The notes beneath the pieces are model-generated. The model did no database searches. It was not told where the DNA came from and saw nothing but the letters and a program-made list of their open reading frames with translations. Both the position numbers and the translations under genes were made by a program. From positions 1 to 41,495 of the forward strand of contig JBJKYT010000036.1 of the NCBI GenBank assembly GCA_045560915.1: DNA of 41,495 nt, in the 5' to 3' direction. Origin of the DNA: Alphaproteobacteria bacterium. Lineage in GTDB: Bacteria > Pseudomonadota > Alphaproteobacteria > HIMB59 > GCA-002718135. Below, one piece after another: positions 19,780 through 28,899 of this stretch. The number at the start of each line of letters is the position of its first letter. Positions within the stretch are counted from its first letter, which is position 1.

Positions 19780-22770
19780 AAAATTATTAATCTCACTACA
19801 TAAAACATCAGCATTTTTTTTATTAAAAACCATTGGTGGTTTTATCTTTATAACATTATTAAATGGTCCATCAGTGCTTAATAATATACCTTTATGTCTT
19901 AAATTATTAATTAATTGAGAAGCTAAATTTGGATTAGGGAGTAAAGTATTAGAATTTTTGATTAAATCTATGCCAATAAACAATCCTCTACCACTTATAT
20001 TACTAATTGAATGAGGAAATTTTAATTTTAATTTATTTAATTTATTAATTAAATAATTACCAACTTCTTTGGCATAAAGCTGTAAATTTTTATTATCAAT
20101 AACATCTAACACAGCATTGCCTACTGCACATGATACGGGATTCCCTCCAAATGAATTAAAATATTCCATTCCATTATTAAAACTGTTTGCAATTTTTTCT
20201 GTAGTAACAACAGCTGCAATAGGATGTCCATTTCCCATTGGTTTTCCTAATGTTACAATATCAGGAACAATTCCATGTTCTTCAAATGCCCAGAAATTAT
20301 TCCCCACTCTACCAAAACCTGTTTGTACCTCGTCTGCTATACATAAAGCATTTTTTTGTCTTACTAATTTAATAATATTTTTAAGGTAATTTTTAGGTAA
20401 TACAACTTGGCCTCCACATCCTAAAATACTTTCAAAGAAAAATGAGGATAATAAATTGTCCTTAGTGAAGTTTTTATTTATTAGTTCTTTTGCCTCATTA
20501 ATATAGTTAGTTAACCAATTTTTTTTCTTACTTGTCCATTTGCCTCTTATTTCATCAGGCATTCTTAATACGTGAACATTTTTCTTTTTGCCCTCGCCAC
20601 CTTTGTTTTTGAATTTGTAAGGACTTAAATCAATTAATGTATTAGTATGGCCATGATAAGCATTGTCCATTACTAATACATTATTCCCTTTTGTATATGT
20701 TTTTGCAATTCTTAATGCTAAATCATTAGCTTCAGATCCAGTACAAACAAAAAATATTTTATTTAATTTTTTTGGAAATGTTCGTAACAATCTATCACTA
20801 TATTCATTAATAATATTATAAAGATAACGTGTATTAGTATTCAATTTTAAATTTTGTTCTACTAAAGCTTTGTGTACATCTGAATTAGAATGACCAACAT
20901 GTGAAATGTTATTTACACAATCTAGATATTTTCTTCCTTCTTCATCATAAAAATATTGATCTTTAGCCTCAAGAATATGTAGAGGTTCTTTATATGAAAT
21001 TGATAAATTTTTTCCTATATTTTTAATTCTTTTTGATAATACTTTTTCTTTTTTTTCTTTATTATATAAAAAAGATTGAGGGATTTTTAAAATAATGTTT
21101 GGATCAGGTGATATTTGCTTCCATACATCAATTAAATATTCTTCACCAACCCCTGGAAAATTATTAACTTCATTCAGTAAAGAAAGTAAAATTTGAAAAT
21201 GCAAGTGTGGAGGCCAATTTCCATTAACTTTGTACCCCCCTATTTCACCTATCCAGTCTCCTTTCTTAATAGTTTGTCCAATTTTAAGTTTCTTAAGACA
21301 TTTTTTAGATAAATGACCATAAAGTGTGTAAAATTTAAAATTTTTAATCTTGTGTTCTAATATTAATGTTGGTCCATAATCATATTTAAAATTGTTATTA
21401 TGTAAAATAGAAACTTTTCCATCAAGAGGTGCTCGTATTTGAGTTCCTTCTTTAATAAATATATCAATACCTAAATGAATATCTCTTTTTTCTGATGTAT
21501 TTAATGTAGAAATATAATGATTACTTTTATAAATTTTTCTCTTTTCATTATATAAACCAATTCCCACATCATCTTTTAAGAATTTTTTAACTAAAATATT
21601 TAATTTATTATTTGAGGGATTAGATTTTAATAAAAAACTTTTTTTATCAAAATTTAAAATTTTTTTATTAATGTCATTAAGTTCAAAATTAAATATGTTT
21701 TCATATTGTTGATTTTTAATTAATTGAAAAATTTCATTAAAATTATCTATTGGATCTAAATTACAAATCTCTTTTATAACAGCGATAAAAAAATATGGGT
21801 CAATTTGATGTAATTTAGACATCAATGACCAAGCATTTTTTTCACTAATACTTAAATATTTATTATTAGGATATTTTTTTCTTTGTTTAGCTGCCATTAC
21901 CAAAGTAATCGTTAAGCGAGATTTAATTAAACCTAGTAATGAATATATTTCATCTTTAGTTAACGGATTAATATTATTGTAACTACCAACAATGTTTTTA
22001 AGAGATTCATAAAAATTATTACTACTCATTAAAGCATAAGATAATGCTATTGATAAATCATTAATTGAAGGAGCATAAATTGAATCACCAAAATCAATTA
22101 AACCAATAATTTTATCATTTGATACAACAATATTATAATTATTTGGATCTCCATGTGTTACAGAAAATTTTAAATTCTTTATATTTTTTAGAACAAAATG
22201 TTCATATTGATTAATTGAATCTTTAATAAGTTTTCTTTCAAAACCTTTAAATAATTTTAAAAAATGTTTAGTCCATTTAATGTTTGAAGGATCCCAATCA
22301 AATTTTCTAATAGAATCTTTGTGAATAAAGCTTTGAAGATGGTTTGATTGTAAAGCTAATATTTTGCCAAAAGATTCTTCTATTTTAGTATTTATCTTTG
22401 ATTTGGCGTACATATTACCTTCAATATAAGTAAGAATACGAACTGCACAGTTTCTGTTTTTTTTATCTTTTAAAAATAAAATTTTTTTATGGCAAATTTT
22501 TGGATAAATACTTTTTAATTTTTTATTTGATCTTAAATAGTTAATTAATATATCTTGATATTTTAATTGATCTAAGGATTCTTTTGGATTTGAAATTTTA
22601 ATTACATATTTAGTATTATTTACTCCTTGTAATAAAAAATTTTTATCTCTTTCACTATTTAAAGATGTTAATTTAATATTTTTAAAATTCAGATAACTAT
22701 AATTATTTTTTAGCCATTTAGATAATTCACTAAGATTAATTAATGGTGGCTGTTCTTCAAAAACTGACAT
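19756..22770 (-). CDS. triple fusion: APH-like (hydroxylysine-kinase-type) kinase + M23-like domain + class III PLP enzyme (phospho-lyase type)
   Basis: [23 protein letters not shown] (kinase); HLGID, LYGHL, PPHLHFQ (M23); [34 protein letters not shown] (PLP domain). Confidence 0.88.
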   Translation of the reverse strand: MSVFEEQPPLINLSELSKWLKNNYSYLNFKNIKLTSLNSERDKNFLLQGVNNTKYVIKISNPKESLDQLKYQDILINYLRSNKKLKSIYPKICHKKILFLKDKKNRNCAVRILTYIEGNMYAKSKINTKIEESFGKILALQSNHLQSFIHKDSIRKFDWDPSNIKWTKHFLKLFKGFERKLIKDSINQYEHFVLKNIKNLKFSVTHGDPNNYNIVVSNDKIIGLIDFGDSIYAPSINDLSIALSYALMSSNNFYESLKNIVGSYNNINPLTKDEIYSLLGLIKSRLTITLVMAAKQRKKYPNNKYLSISEKNAWSLMSKLHQIDPYFFIAVIKEICNLDPIDNFNEIFQLIKNQQYENIFNFELNDINKKILNFDKKSFLLKSNPSNNKLNILVKKFLKDDVGIGLYNEKRKIYKSNHYISTLNTSEKRDIHLGIDIFIKEGTQIRAPLDGKVSILHNNNFKYDYGPTLILEHKIKNFKFYTLYGHLSKKCLKKLKIGQTIKKGDWIGEIGGYKVNGNWPPHLHFQILLSLLNEVNNFPGVGEEYLIDVWKQISPDPNIILKIPQSFLYNKEKKEKVLSKRIKNIGKNLSISYKEPLHILEAKDQYFYDEEGRKYLDCVNNISHVGHSNSDVHKALVEQNLKLNTNTRYLYNIINEYSDRLLRTFPKKLNKIFFVCTGSEANDLALRIAKTYTKGNNVLVMDNAYHGHTNTLIDLSPYKFKNKGGEGKKKNVHVLRMPDEIRGKWTSKKKNWLTNYINEAKELINKNFTKDNLLSSFFFESILGCGGQVVLPKNYLKNIIKLVRQKNALCIADEVQTGFGRVGNNFWAFEEHGIVPDIVTLGKPMGNGHPIAAVVTTEKIANSFNNGMEYFNSFGGNPVSCAVGNAVLDVIDNKNLQLYAKEVGNYLINKLNKLKLKFPHSISNISGRGLFIGIDLIKNSNTLLPNPNLASQLINNLRHKGILLSTDGPFNNVIKIKPPMVFNKKNADVLCSEINNFLIHKNKK

Positions 22771-22789
22771 ATTAGTGATATATATTTAT

Positions 22790-23698
22790 ATGAAACAAAT
22801 TAATAATAATTTTATCTTCTTTGGAGCCATTCATCAAGATTTTGTTTTTGAGCTAAAAAATGATTTAATAAAGTACAGAACTAATCCTATAAAACATAGT
22901 GAAAGCTATGGAGGTGTTGCGCACAATGTAGCAAGAGTTATTTCAAAACATGAAAATGTTAGTTTGTGTTCAATAAAATCAGATAGAGAAACCATTAGAT
23001 ACCTAAAAAAAATAGGAATCAATTTTGTATCTTTAAATAACAAAATTCAAAAGAGATATTATGGTATTTTAATAAATAAACTTAAAAAATTTCAACTAGG
23101 TATAGCAAATACTGAGGCATATGAATTATTTAAAAATAAAATTATTAATTTTCAATTTAAAAATAAAAATCTAATTTTTGATTTAAATTTCTCAAATATA
23201 TTTATAAAAAATATTATAAATAAATATTATAAAAATAATAAAATTATAATTTGTGGAACTTCACCTTTCAAAGTTTACAAAATTAAAGATTCATTAAAAA
23301 AAATTAATTGTTTGATCCTAAATAAAGAAGAATTATTTACTTTAACTAATATTCGAAATATTAATCAATCAATTAAATTTATTATTTCTATAAATCCAAA
23401 TATTAATTTAATTGTTTCAAATGGTGGTAATAAAACATACGCATATGAGTATTCAAAATTAATATCCATAAAACCTCCAAGAGTTAAAATAGTTAATGAA
23501 AATGGTGCTGGAGATGCAATGGCTGGAAATTATATTTATTATCGATCAAAAAATTATACATTAGAAAAATCTTTGTCGCTAGGTATTGCGATGGGAATTA
23601 TGCATGTTAAAAGTAAAAAGAATGCAAAAATAAATTTTAAAAGTATTAAAAATATAAGTAATAAAATCAAAATTAACAAAGAAAAATTATATGAATAA
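22790..23698 (+). CDS. psuK: PfkB family kinase, probable pseudouridine kinase
   Basis: GGVAHNVA and NENGAGDA PfkB signatures; overlaps psuG by 8 bp; ATG at 22790 preferred over GTG at 22775. Confidence 0.75.
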   Translation: MKQINNNFIFFGAIHQDFVFELKNDLIKYRTNPIKHSESYGGVAHNVARVISKHENVSLCSIKSDRETIRYLKKIGINFVSLNNKIQKRYYGILINKLKKFQLGIANTEAYELFKNKIINFQFKNKNLIFDLNFSNIFIKNIINKYYKNNKIIICGTSPFKVYKIKDSLKKINCLILNKEELFTLTNIRNINQSIKFIISINPNINLIVSNGGNKTYAYEYSKLISIKPPRVKIVNENGAGDAMAGNYIYYRSKNYTLEKSLSLGIAMGIMHVKSKKNAKINFKSIKNISNKIKINKEKLYE

Positions 23699-24605
23699 TA
23701 ATCAAATAAAAATAACTTCCAAAATAAAAGAAGCTATTCAAAATAATAAACCTATTGTAGCTTTAGAAAGTACTTTAATCAGTCATGGATTACCTTATCC
23801 AGATAATATTAGTGTAGCAAATGAATCTATTAAAGCTGTTGAAGAAAGTGGTGGCATTGCTGCTACTATAGGAATAATTAATGGAATAATAAAAATTGGC
23901 TTAGACAAAGATGACATTGAAATATTAGCTAGCACAAAGAATGTTGAAAAAGTCTCATTACATAATATCGCACTATCGCTATTTAATAAGAAAAATGCAG
24001 CTACAACGGTTGCTGCTACGATTAACATTGCTTCAAAAATTGGTATAAATTTTTTTGCAACTGGAGGTATTGGTGGCGTTCATTTAGATTCAGAAAATAA
24101 TAGTGATATTTCAGCAGATTTAACGGAACTTAGTAGAACTAAAATGTTTGTTGTGTCTAGTGGAGCAAAATCAATTCTTGATTTAGAAAAAACATATGAA
24201 AAACTTGAAACTTTAGGAATTCCAAGAATATCTTATAATTCAAATTTTATGCCAGGTTTTTGGTATGAAGAAACTACTTACTCTGTTGATCAAAACTTTA
24301 AAAAAATTAATGATATAGCTAATTATCTAAAGTTAATTAATAATTTAAACCATCAATCTTCTATACTTATATTTAATAAAATTCCTAAAGGTCAAAATAT
24401 TGAAAAAAAATTAATTGAAAAATGGATATTTAAGTCAGTTGAAAAAGCTAAACAAAAAAATATAAGAGGAAAAGATTTAACGCCTTTTTTAATTAATGAA
24501 ATCAATAAACTTTCTAAAAATAAAACTCTTGAAGCAAATAAAACTTTAATTATAAATAATTCTTTGCTTGCTGGGAAAATAGCTGAGGCATTTAGTTTAA
24601 TTTAG
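23691..24605 (+). CDS. psuG: pseudouridine-5'-phosphate glycosidase
   Basis: VALESTLISHGLPYP, ATTVAAT, FATGGIGGVH, DISADL, GAKSILD, GKDLTPFL. Confidence 0.95.
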   Translation: MNNNQIKITSKIKEAIQNNKPIVALESTLISHGLPYPDNISVANESIKAVEESGGIAATIGIINGIIKIGLDKDDIEILASTKNVEKVSLHNIALSLFNKKNAATTVAATINIASKIGINFFATGGIGGVHLDSENNSDISADLTELSRTKMFVVSSGAKSILDLEKTYEKLETLGIPRISYNSNFMPGFWYEETTYSVDQNFKKINDIANYLKLINNLNHQSSILIFNKIPKGQNIEKKLIEKWIFKSVEKAKQKNIRGKDLTPFLINEINKLSKNKTLEANKTLIINNSLLAGKIAEAFSLI

Positions 24606-25539
24606 ATAATTCATTTTTTAAAATTTTAAAAAAAGTTTCTGAATCTGCTTCAGTTATAACATTACAGTTTGGTTGAAGTTTCTTAACTCCTAACCAATCT
24701 ACAACTGTTTCACCCCTTGTTAATTCTGATTTTTCTTCAACTTGGACGTGCACTTTTTTTCCTTGGAATAACTTATGACTAAATAAATATGCAATTACAC
24801 AGGGATCATGCAGTGGAGATTCATTTGATTTATATAAATCTCTATGAAATCTTGAATAAAAATTCATTAAATCTGCAAAAAATATTGAAGCTTTATTATT
24901 ATTAGATTTTATAGAATTAATAATACTATCATTTACATTTACCTTATGTGTAACATCCAATCCCATCATAGTGATTGCAATACCAGAATTTAAAACAATA
25001 TTTGCTGCATGTGGATCAACGTATATATTAAACTCAGCAGAAGGAGTAATATTGCCAAGACATAAAGCAGCACCTCCCATAAAAATTATTTCCTTTATTT
25101 TATCTTTTATAGAAGGATCTTTTTTAAGACTTAATGCAATGTTTGTTAGTGGTCCCGTTGGACATAAATAGATAGGTTCATCAGAATTTTTACAAGTCTT
25201 AATTATAAAATCTACAGCATGTAAATCTTGGATTTTATGATTTTTATCTAATGTAATTGGATCACCATCAGTATCTAATCCACTTTTTCCATGTACATGT
25301 TCTGCTGTAACTAAATCATAGACAATTGGTTTATCTGCTCCTGCATATATTGGTATATCTTCTCGGTTTAGTAAAGAGCATATTTTTAATGCATTAAGTT
25401 TAGTATTTTCTAATGTTGTATTTCCCCCTACACAAGTAATTCCTAATAAATCTATTTCGTTATTTGCAATTGCAAGCATTATAGCTACTGCATCATCATG
25501 ACCTGGATCACAGTCTAAAATAATTTTTTTCTTTATCAA
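24592..25539 (-). CDS. inosine/uridine-preferring nucleoside hydrolase
   Basis: DCDPGHDDA, HGKSGL, GPLTN, AEFNIYVDP, LHDP; TTG start overlaps the upstream stop (TTGA). Confidence 0.93.
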   Translation of the reverse strand: MIKKKIILDCDPGHDDAVAIMLAIANNEIDLLGITCVGGNTTLENTKLNALKICSLLNREDIPIYAGADKPIVYDLVTAEHVHGKSGLDTDGDPITLDKNHKIQDLHAVDFIIKTCKNSDEPIYLCPTGPLTNIALSLKKDPSIKDKIKEIIFMGGAALCLGNITPSAEFNIYVDPHAANIVLNSGIAITMMGLDVTHKVNVNDSIINSIKSNNNKASIFFADLMNFYSRFHRDLYKSNESPLHDPCVIAYLFSHKLFQGKKVHVQVEEKSELTRGETVVDWLGVKKLQPNCNVITEADSETFFKILKNELSKLN

Positions 25540-26393
25540 ATAAATCCTTGTAATGGCATACTAGATCTTTGTAACCAATTATTAGATGAATATTTACAAT
25601 TTCCATCAATAACATGAAGAGTATATGCATGACGTGATTTATTAGAAGTGTTTTCACATGAATAATGAGGCAGCCTTCCATGTAACAAAACTAAAGATCC
25701 TTTTTTTACTTCTAAAGGTGTTGTTGTTTCTTCAAAAGGAGTATTATCAAGTGTCTTAAGGGTCATTACATTATCAATTTTAGTAAACAATTTTCTTAAT
25801 GGTCCTTTATGTCCACCTGGTGCTACCCACAAACATCCGTTATCTATATTAGCATCTTCTAAAGCTACCCAAAAACCTACAGCACTTTCTGGTTCTGTAT
25901 ATAAAAAAGTAGAGTCTTGATGACAAACTACTTCACCACCAATATTTGGTTGTTTAAAAATATACATAGATTGCAATAATAAAGGTTTGGAAATATTAAT
26001 TTTCTTAGCAATATCATCTAAATCTGATCTATGAGAGAAATTATAGAAATCTTCATCTAAGTCATGGAGAGCATGACCAATTTTGTTAATTACAAATTTT
26101 TTATCATTAACGAGATTCCCTTCATTATCAAAAGCTTTATCCTCAAAAAAAAATCTAATTTTATCTCCTGATTCTAAAAAATAGTTGTCATCTACATGAT
26201 TTTGATTTTTTGTATCAAAAATAGATTTTACTGAGTCAGCGTCAAAATCATCTATTAATTTTTCTGATTTATAAATTAACTTATCACATTCCTCATGAGC
26301 ATAAAAATCTTCTATAACCAAAAAACCATTAATATCCCAAAAATCTTGCATTTTTTGATCTAGAGGAAGATGGCTTCTATTAAACCTAAGCAT
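25536..26393 (-). CDS. PhyH family Fe(II)/2-oxoglutarate dioxygenase, PHYHD1-like
   Basis: YFLESGDKIRFFFE, INKIGHALH, QSMYIFKQPNIGGEV, HQD facial-triad motif, NGCLW, SRHAYTLH; ATG at 26393 preferred. Confidence 0.9.
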   Translation of the reverse strand: MLRFNRSHLPLDQKMQDFWDINGFLVIEDFYAHEECDKLIYKSEKLIDDFDADSVKSIFDTKNQNHVDDNYFLESGDKIRFFFEDKAFDNEGNLVNDKKFVINKIGHALHDLDEDFYNFSHRSDLDDIAKKINISKPLLLQSMYIFKQPNIGGEVVCHQDSTFLYTEPESAVGFWVALEDANIDNGCLWVAPGGHKGPLRKLFTKIDNVMTLKTLDNTPFEETTTPLEVKKGSLVLLHGRLPHYSCENTSNKSRHAYTLHVIDGNCKYSSNNWLQRSSMPLQGFI

Positions 26394-26397
26394 TAAA

Positions 26398-26628
26398 TTA
26401 TAGACCAATAAATTTTGTTAAAAAAGGGGCGCCAATCTTTAATATTTGTAAAATTTGAGGTAAAATAAATCTACCTGATGTTGCTAATAAAAATATAACT
26501 GCAAATATGACAAGAGCTATAATTAATTTTTTATATATTCCCGTGTTTTTATTCTTTTTTTTTGCATTATTATTAAAAATTAATAAAATAAAAAAAACTA
26601 CTAAAAACAATAACAATATTCTAATCAT
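26398..26628 (-). CDS. small hypothetical membrane protein (76 aa)
   Basis: Two hydrophobic segments flanking a basic loop, LATSGR motif; ends 4 bp before the dioxygenase start. Confidence 0.65.
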   Translation of the reverse strand: MIRILLLFLVVFFILLIFNNNAKKKNKNTGIYKKLIIALVIFAVIFLLATSGRFILPQILQILKIGAPFLTKFIGL

Positions 26629-26810
26629 AACAATCTAGATTTAATCATATATTCCTTTAAACGAAATTATCTAAAAAAAAGAATAAAATTCCCAAGCTTT
26701 CTAAGTAAAAATGAGCATACAAAAAAAAAAGAGTTAAAAAAAGACTATTTTAAGCCGTTTTTAATAGATTATAATTGATAATTTAAAAACATGTAAAATT
26801 TAATAATTTA

Positions 26811-26928
26811 TTAAAATAATTTATATATTTCAATACTTTAGTAAATAAACTATAAATATTCGCGATTCCAATAAAAAAAAGATAAAAATATTTAAAATAA
26901 TTACTATTTTTCAATAATTTAGTAACTA
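26811..26928. repeat. imperfect 37-bp direct repeat (26811-26847 and 26892-26928), each copy with an IHF-like core
   Basis: ttaaaataatttatatatttcaatactttagtaaata vs ttaaaataattactatttttcaataatttagtaacta: 32/37 identical by hand, 81-bp offset; cores TTTCAAnnnnTTA. Confidence 0.6.
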
Positions 26929-26973
26929 TTAGTTTTTTTTAATTAGTAACATCAAACAAAAAATATATTGAGA

Positions 26974-27021
26974 TCCTCACTTAGGAAAAGCCTAAGTAAC
27001 GTGATAAACTAATTCGAGGAG
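26974..27021 (+). promoter_or_regulatory. leader hairpin and strong ribosome-binding site
   Basis: ACTTAGG-aaaag-CCTAAGT stem (26979-26997); GAGGAG at 27016-27021; TCCTC at 26974-26978 is complementary to the RBS. Confidence 0.5.
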
Positions 27022-27028
27022 AATAAGT

Positions 27029-27250
27029 ATGTTAGATACTGTTAAGAGTTGGTTAAGGCAAATAACGGAAGTAGGCCTTCTGTTGATTGCTGCGGCTGTA
27101 GTACTCGAAATTATATTTGGATCAGCAGTTCCGTATATTGGAGTTGGGATTCTAGACAATATTATCGCGCTAACTGCAAAATTAGGTCAAGATGGTCTTG
27201 TTGGTATTATTGCCATTGGTATCATTGTTTGGCTATATTTGCGTAGATAA
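27029..27250 (+). CDS. small two-helix membrane protein, paralog 1 (73 aa)
   Basis: GAGGAG RBS 7 nt before the ATG; hydrophobic hairpin; about 40/73 identical to the next ORF by hand alignment. Confidence 0.9.
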   Translation: MLDTVKSWLRQITEVGLLLIAAAVVLEIIFGSAVPYIGVGILDNIIALTAKLGQDGLVGIIAIGIIVWLYLRR

Positions 27251-27277
27251 TCTTCTTAAAAACAAAGGAGTTCAACC

Positions 27278-27496
27278 ATGATGGATACAGTTAAAAGTTT
27301 TCTTAGAGGTATAATGGACGTAGCTATGACGGTTATTCCGCTTAGTGTAGTATTGGGTGTAATTTTTGGCCCTGCAGTTCCTTTTATTGGAGCTGATACT
27401 ATTGATAATATTTCTGCACTTGTTGCTGATTTAGGCGGAAGTGGCTTAATTGGAATTATTACTCTAGGTATTTTATACGCTTTATTTAGACGATAG
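27278..27496 (+). CDS. small two-helix membrane protein, paralog 2 (72 aa)
   Basis: AAGGAG RBS; shares DTVKSxLR, IFGxAVPxIG, DNIxAL and LGxxGLxGII with paralog 1. Confidence 0.9.
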   Translation: MMDTVKSFLRGIMDVAMTVIPLSVVLGVIFGPAVPFIGADTIDNISALVADLGGSGLIGIITLGILYALFRR

Positions 27497-27514
27497 AAAA
27501 TAATACATATTATT

Positions 27515-27547
27515 GAAGACCCTCTTTATTTAGAGGGTCTTTTTTTT
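27515..27547 (+). terminator. Rho-independent terminator
   Basis: AAGACCCTCT-ttattt-AGAGGGTCTT followed by a T run, about 20 bp after the paralog 2 stop. Confidence 0.88.
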
Positions 27548-28128
27548 ACATAAATAATTCTTATAGAAATTAACAGGATTAATAAAAAAATTAAAATTAA
27601 TATTTCTAAAGAAAATATATCTGAAAAAGTAAATGATTCTAATTTACTAATATTATTTAGTTGCTTACCAAAATATACAAAAGCAAAAACAAGAGGTGAG
27701 AAACCAATAATAGATGAAATAATAAATTTTAGTTTATCTATTTTTAAAATAGTTAATACTAAATTCTGAACAATTAAAGGAAAGCCTGGAATCATTCGAA
27801 AAATAATTAAATATTCAAATGTAGAGTCAGATAGATATGAATGAGCTTTAGATGAATATTTATTATAAAAAGAAGGAAAAATTTTTTTAAATAGAAAAGA
27901 TACAAATAGATAAAATATTAAACTTCCCAAAACTATTCCAATAATTGAAATAGAAAACCCAATTCCTATTCCATAAAGAAAACCAGCTGAAGTCATAAAA
28001 ATTGGATTACCTGGAAGGGAAAATGAGTTATATAATATCATTAAAGAAAGAAATATTATTAAGCTAAAATAGAAATTATGCTCTATTTTAAGTTGAATGA
28101 AATCTAAAAAATATAAAATAAAATCCAT
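27526..28128 (-). CDS. DedA/TVP38 (VTT domain) membrane protein
   Basis: SLPGNP, AGFLYG, GSLIFY, FRMIPGFP motifs. Confidence 0.8.
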   Translation of the reverse strand: MDFILYFLDFIQLKIEHNFYFSLIIFLSLMILYNSFSLPGNPIFMTSAGFLYGIGIGFSISIIGIVLGSLIFYLFVSFLFKKIFPSFYNKYSSKAHSYLSDSTFEYLIIFRMIPGFPLIVQNLVLTILKIDKLKFIISSIIGFSPLVFAFVYFGKQLNNISKLESFTFSDIFSLEILILIFLLILLISIRIIYVKKRPSK

Positions 28129-28129
28129 A

Positions 28130-28897
28130 TTATTTAATAACTCTAAAACCTTTATTAAATATATATAGACTAGAAGATATAATTAGAAATGTAATCATTA
28201 AAATATAAATATTGCCATATAAATTTATTTGTTTATCAAAATAAAATGAAGATCTAAAACCATCTACTAAATAATAAATAGGGTTATATTTAAGTATAAA
28301 TGAATAATCGTTATCAATAGTGTTAATATTAAAAAAAGAACCAGAAAGAAAACTTATAGGGACTATAAAAAAATTTGAGACAGTACTTTGTGAGTCCCAA
28401 CTATATGATAAGAAACCTGTTAAAGCACCTAATGAGGAAAAAATTAAAATACAAAGAAGAAGATAAAAAGTTAATGACAAATAATTTATAGTCTCAAACT
28501 CAGAAAAAAAATAAAGAACGAGTAAGTTAATATATCCCACACATAAACCTATAAATATTGAGGAAATCATAAAAGAAAAAAATAGTTCAATCCTTGATAT
28601 TGGAGACATTAAAAAATCCTCAAAAGAGCCAATTTGTTTCATGTTAATTATAACTTCAGAAATATAATTGAAGCTTGTTTGCATAACTACTGTCATAATA
28701 ATGCCTGGAATAAGAAAATTAAGATAAATTCCATTAGAAGAACTTAAAGAATAATAAGTATCAAGAGTTGAAAAAATAAATACGAATATAATTGTAGTTA
28801 TTAAAGGAGCTATAATAGTAAATTGAAATTCTTTAAAATATTCTCTAATTTCGTGTATAATTATAGTTTTTATTGATAAGTAACTAATGTTACTCAT
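28130..28897 (-). CDS. ABC-2 type transporter permease (YadH-like)
   Basis: TIIAPLIT, FLIPGII, LMSPIS, PISFLSGSFF, NPIYYLVDGFR. Confidence 0.85.
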   Translation of the reverse strand: MSNISYLSIKTIIIHEIREYFKEFQFTIIAPLITTIIFVFIFSTLDTYYSLSSSNGIYLNFLIPGIIMTVVMQTSFNYISEVIINMKQIGSFEDFLMSPISRIELFFSFMISSIFIGLCVGYINLLVLYFFSEFETINYLSLTFYLLLCILIFSSLGALTGFLSYSWDSQSTVSNFFIVPISFLSGSFFNINTIDNDYSFILKYNPIYYLVDGFRSSFYFDKQINLYGNIYILMITFLIISSSLYIFNKGFRVIK

Positions 28898-28899
28898 GC

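Noticed and set aside
17259-21560. Bactofilin partnered with the M23 domain of the triple fusion
   Set aside because: That M23 domain is inside a cytoplasmic enzyme with no export signal, several genes away.
26629-27028. Possible replication origin or CRISPR leader in the long AT-rich gap
   Set aside because: No TTATCCACA DnaA-box cluster, only two repeat copies, no spacer array and no cas genes.
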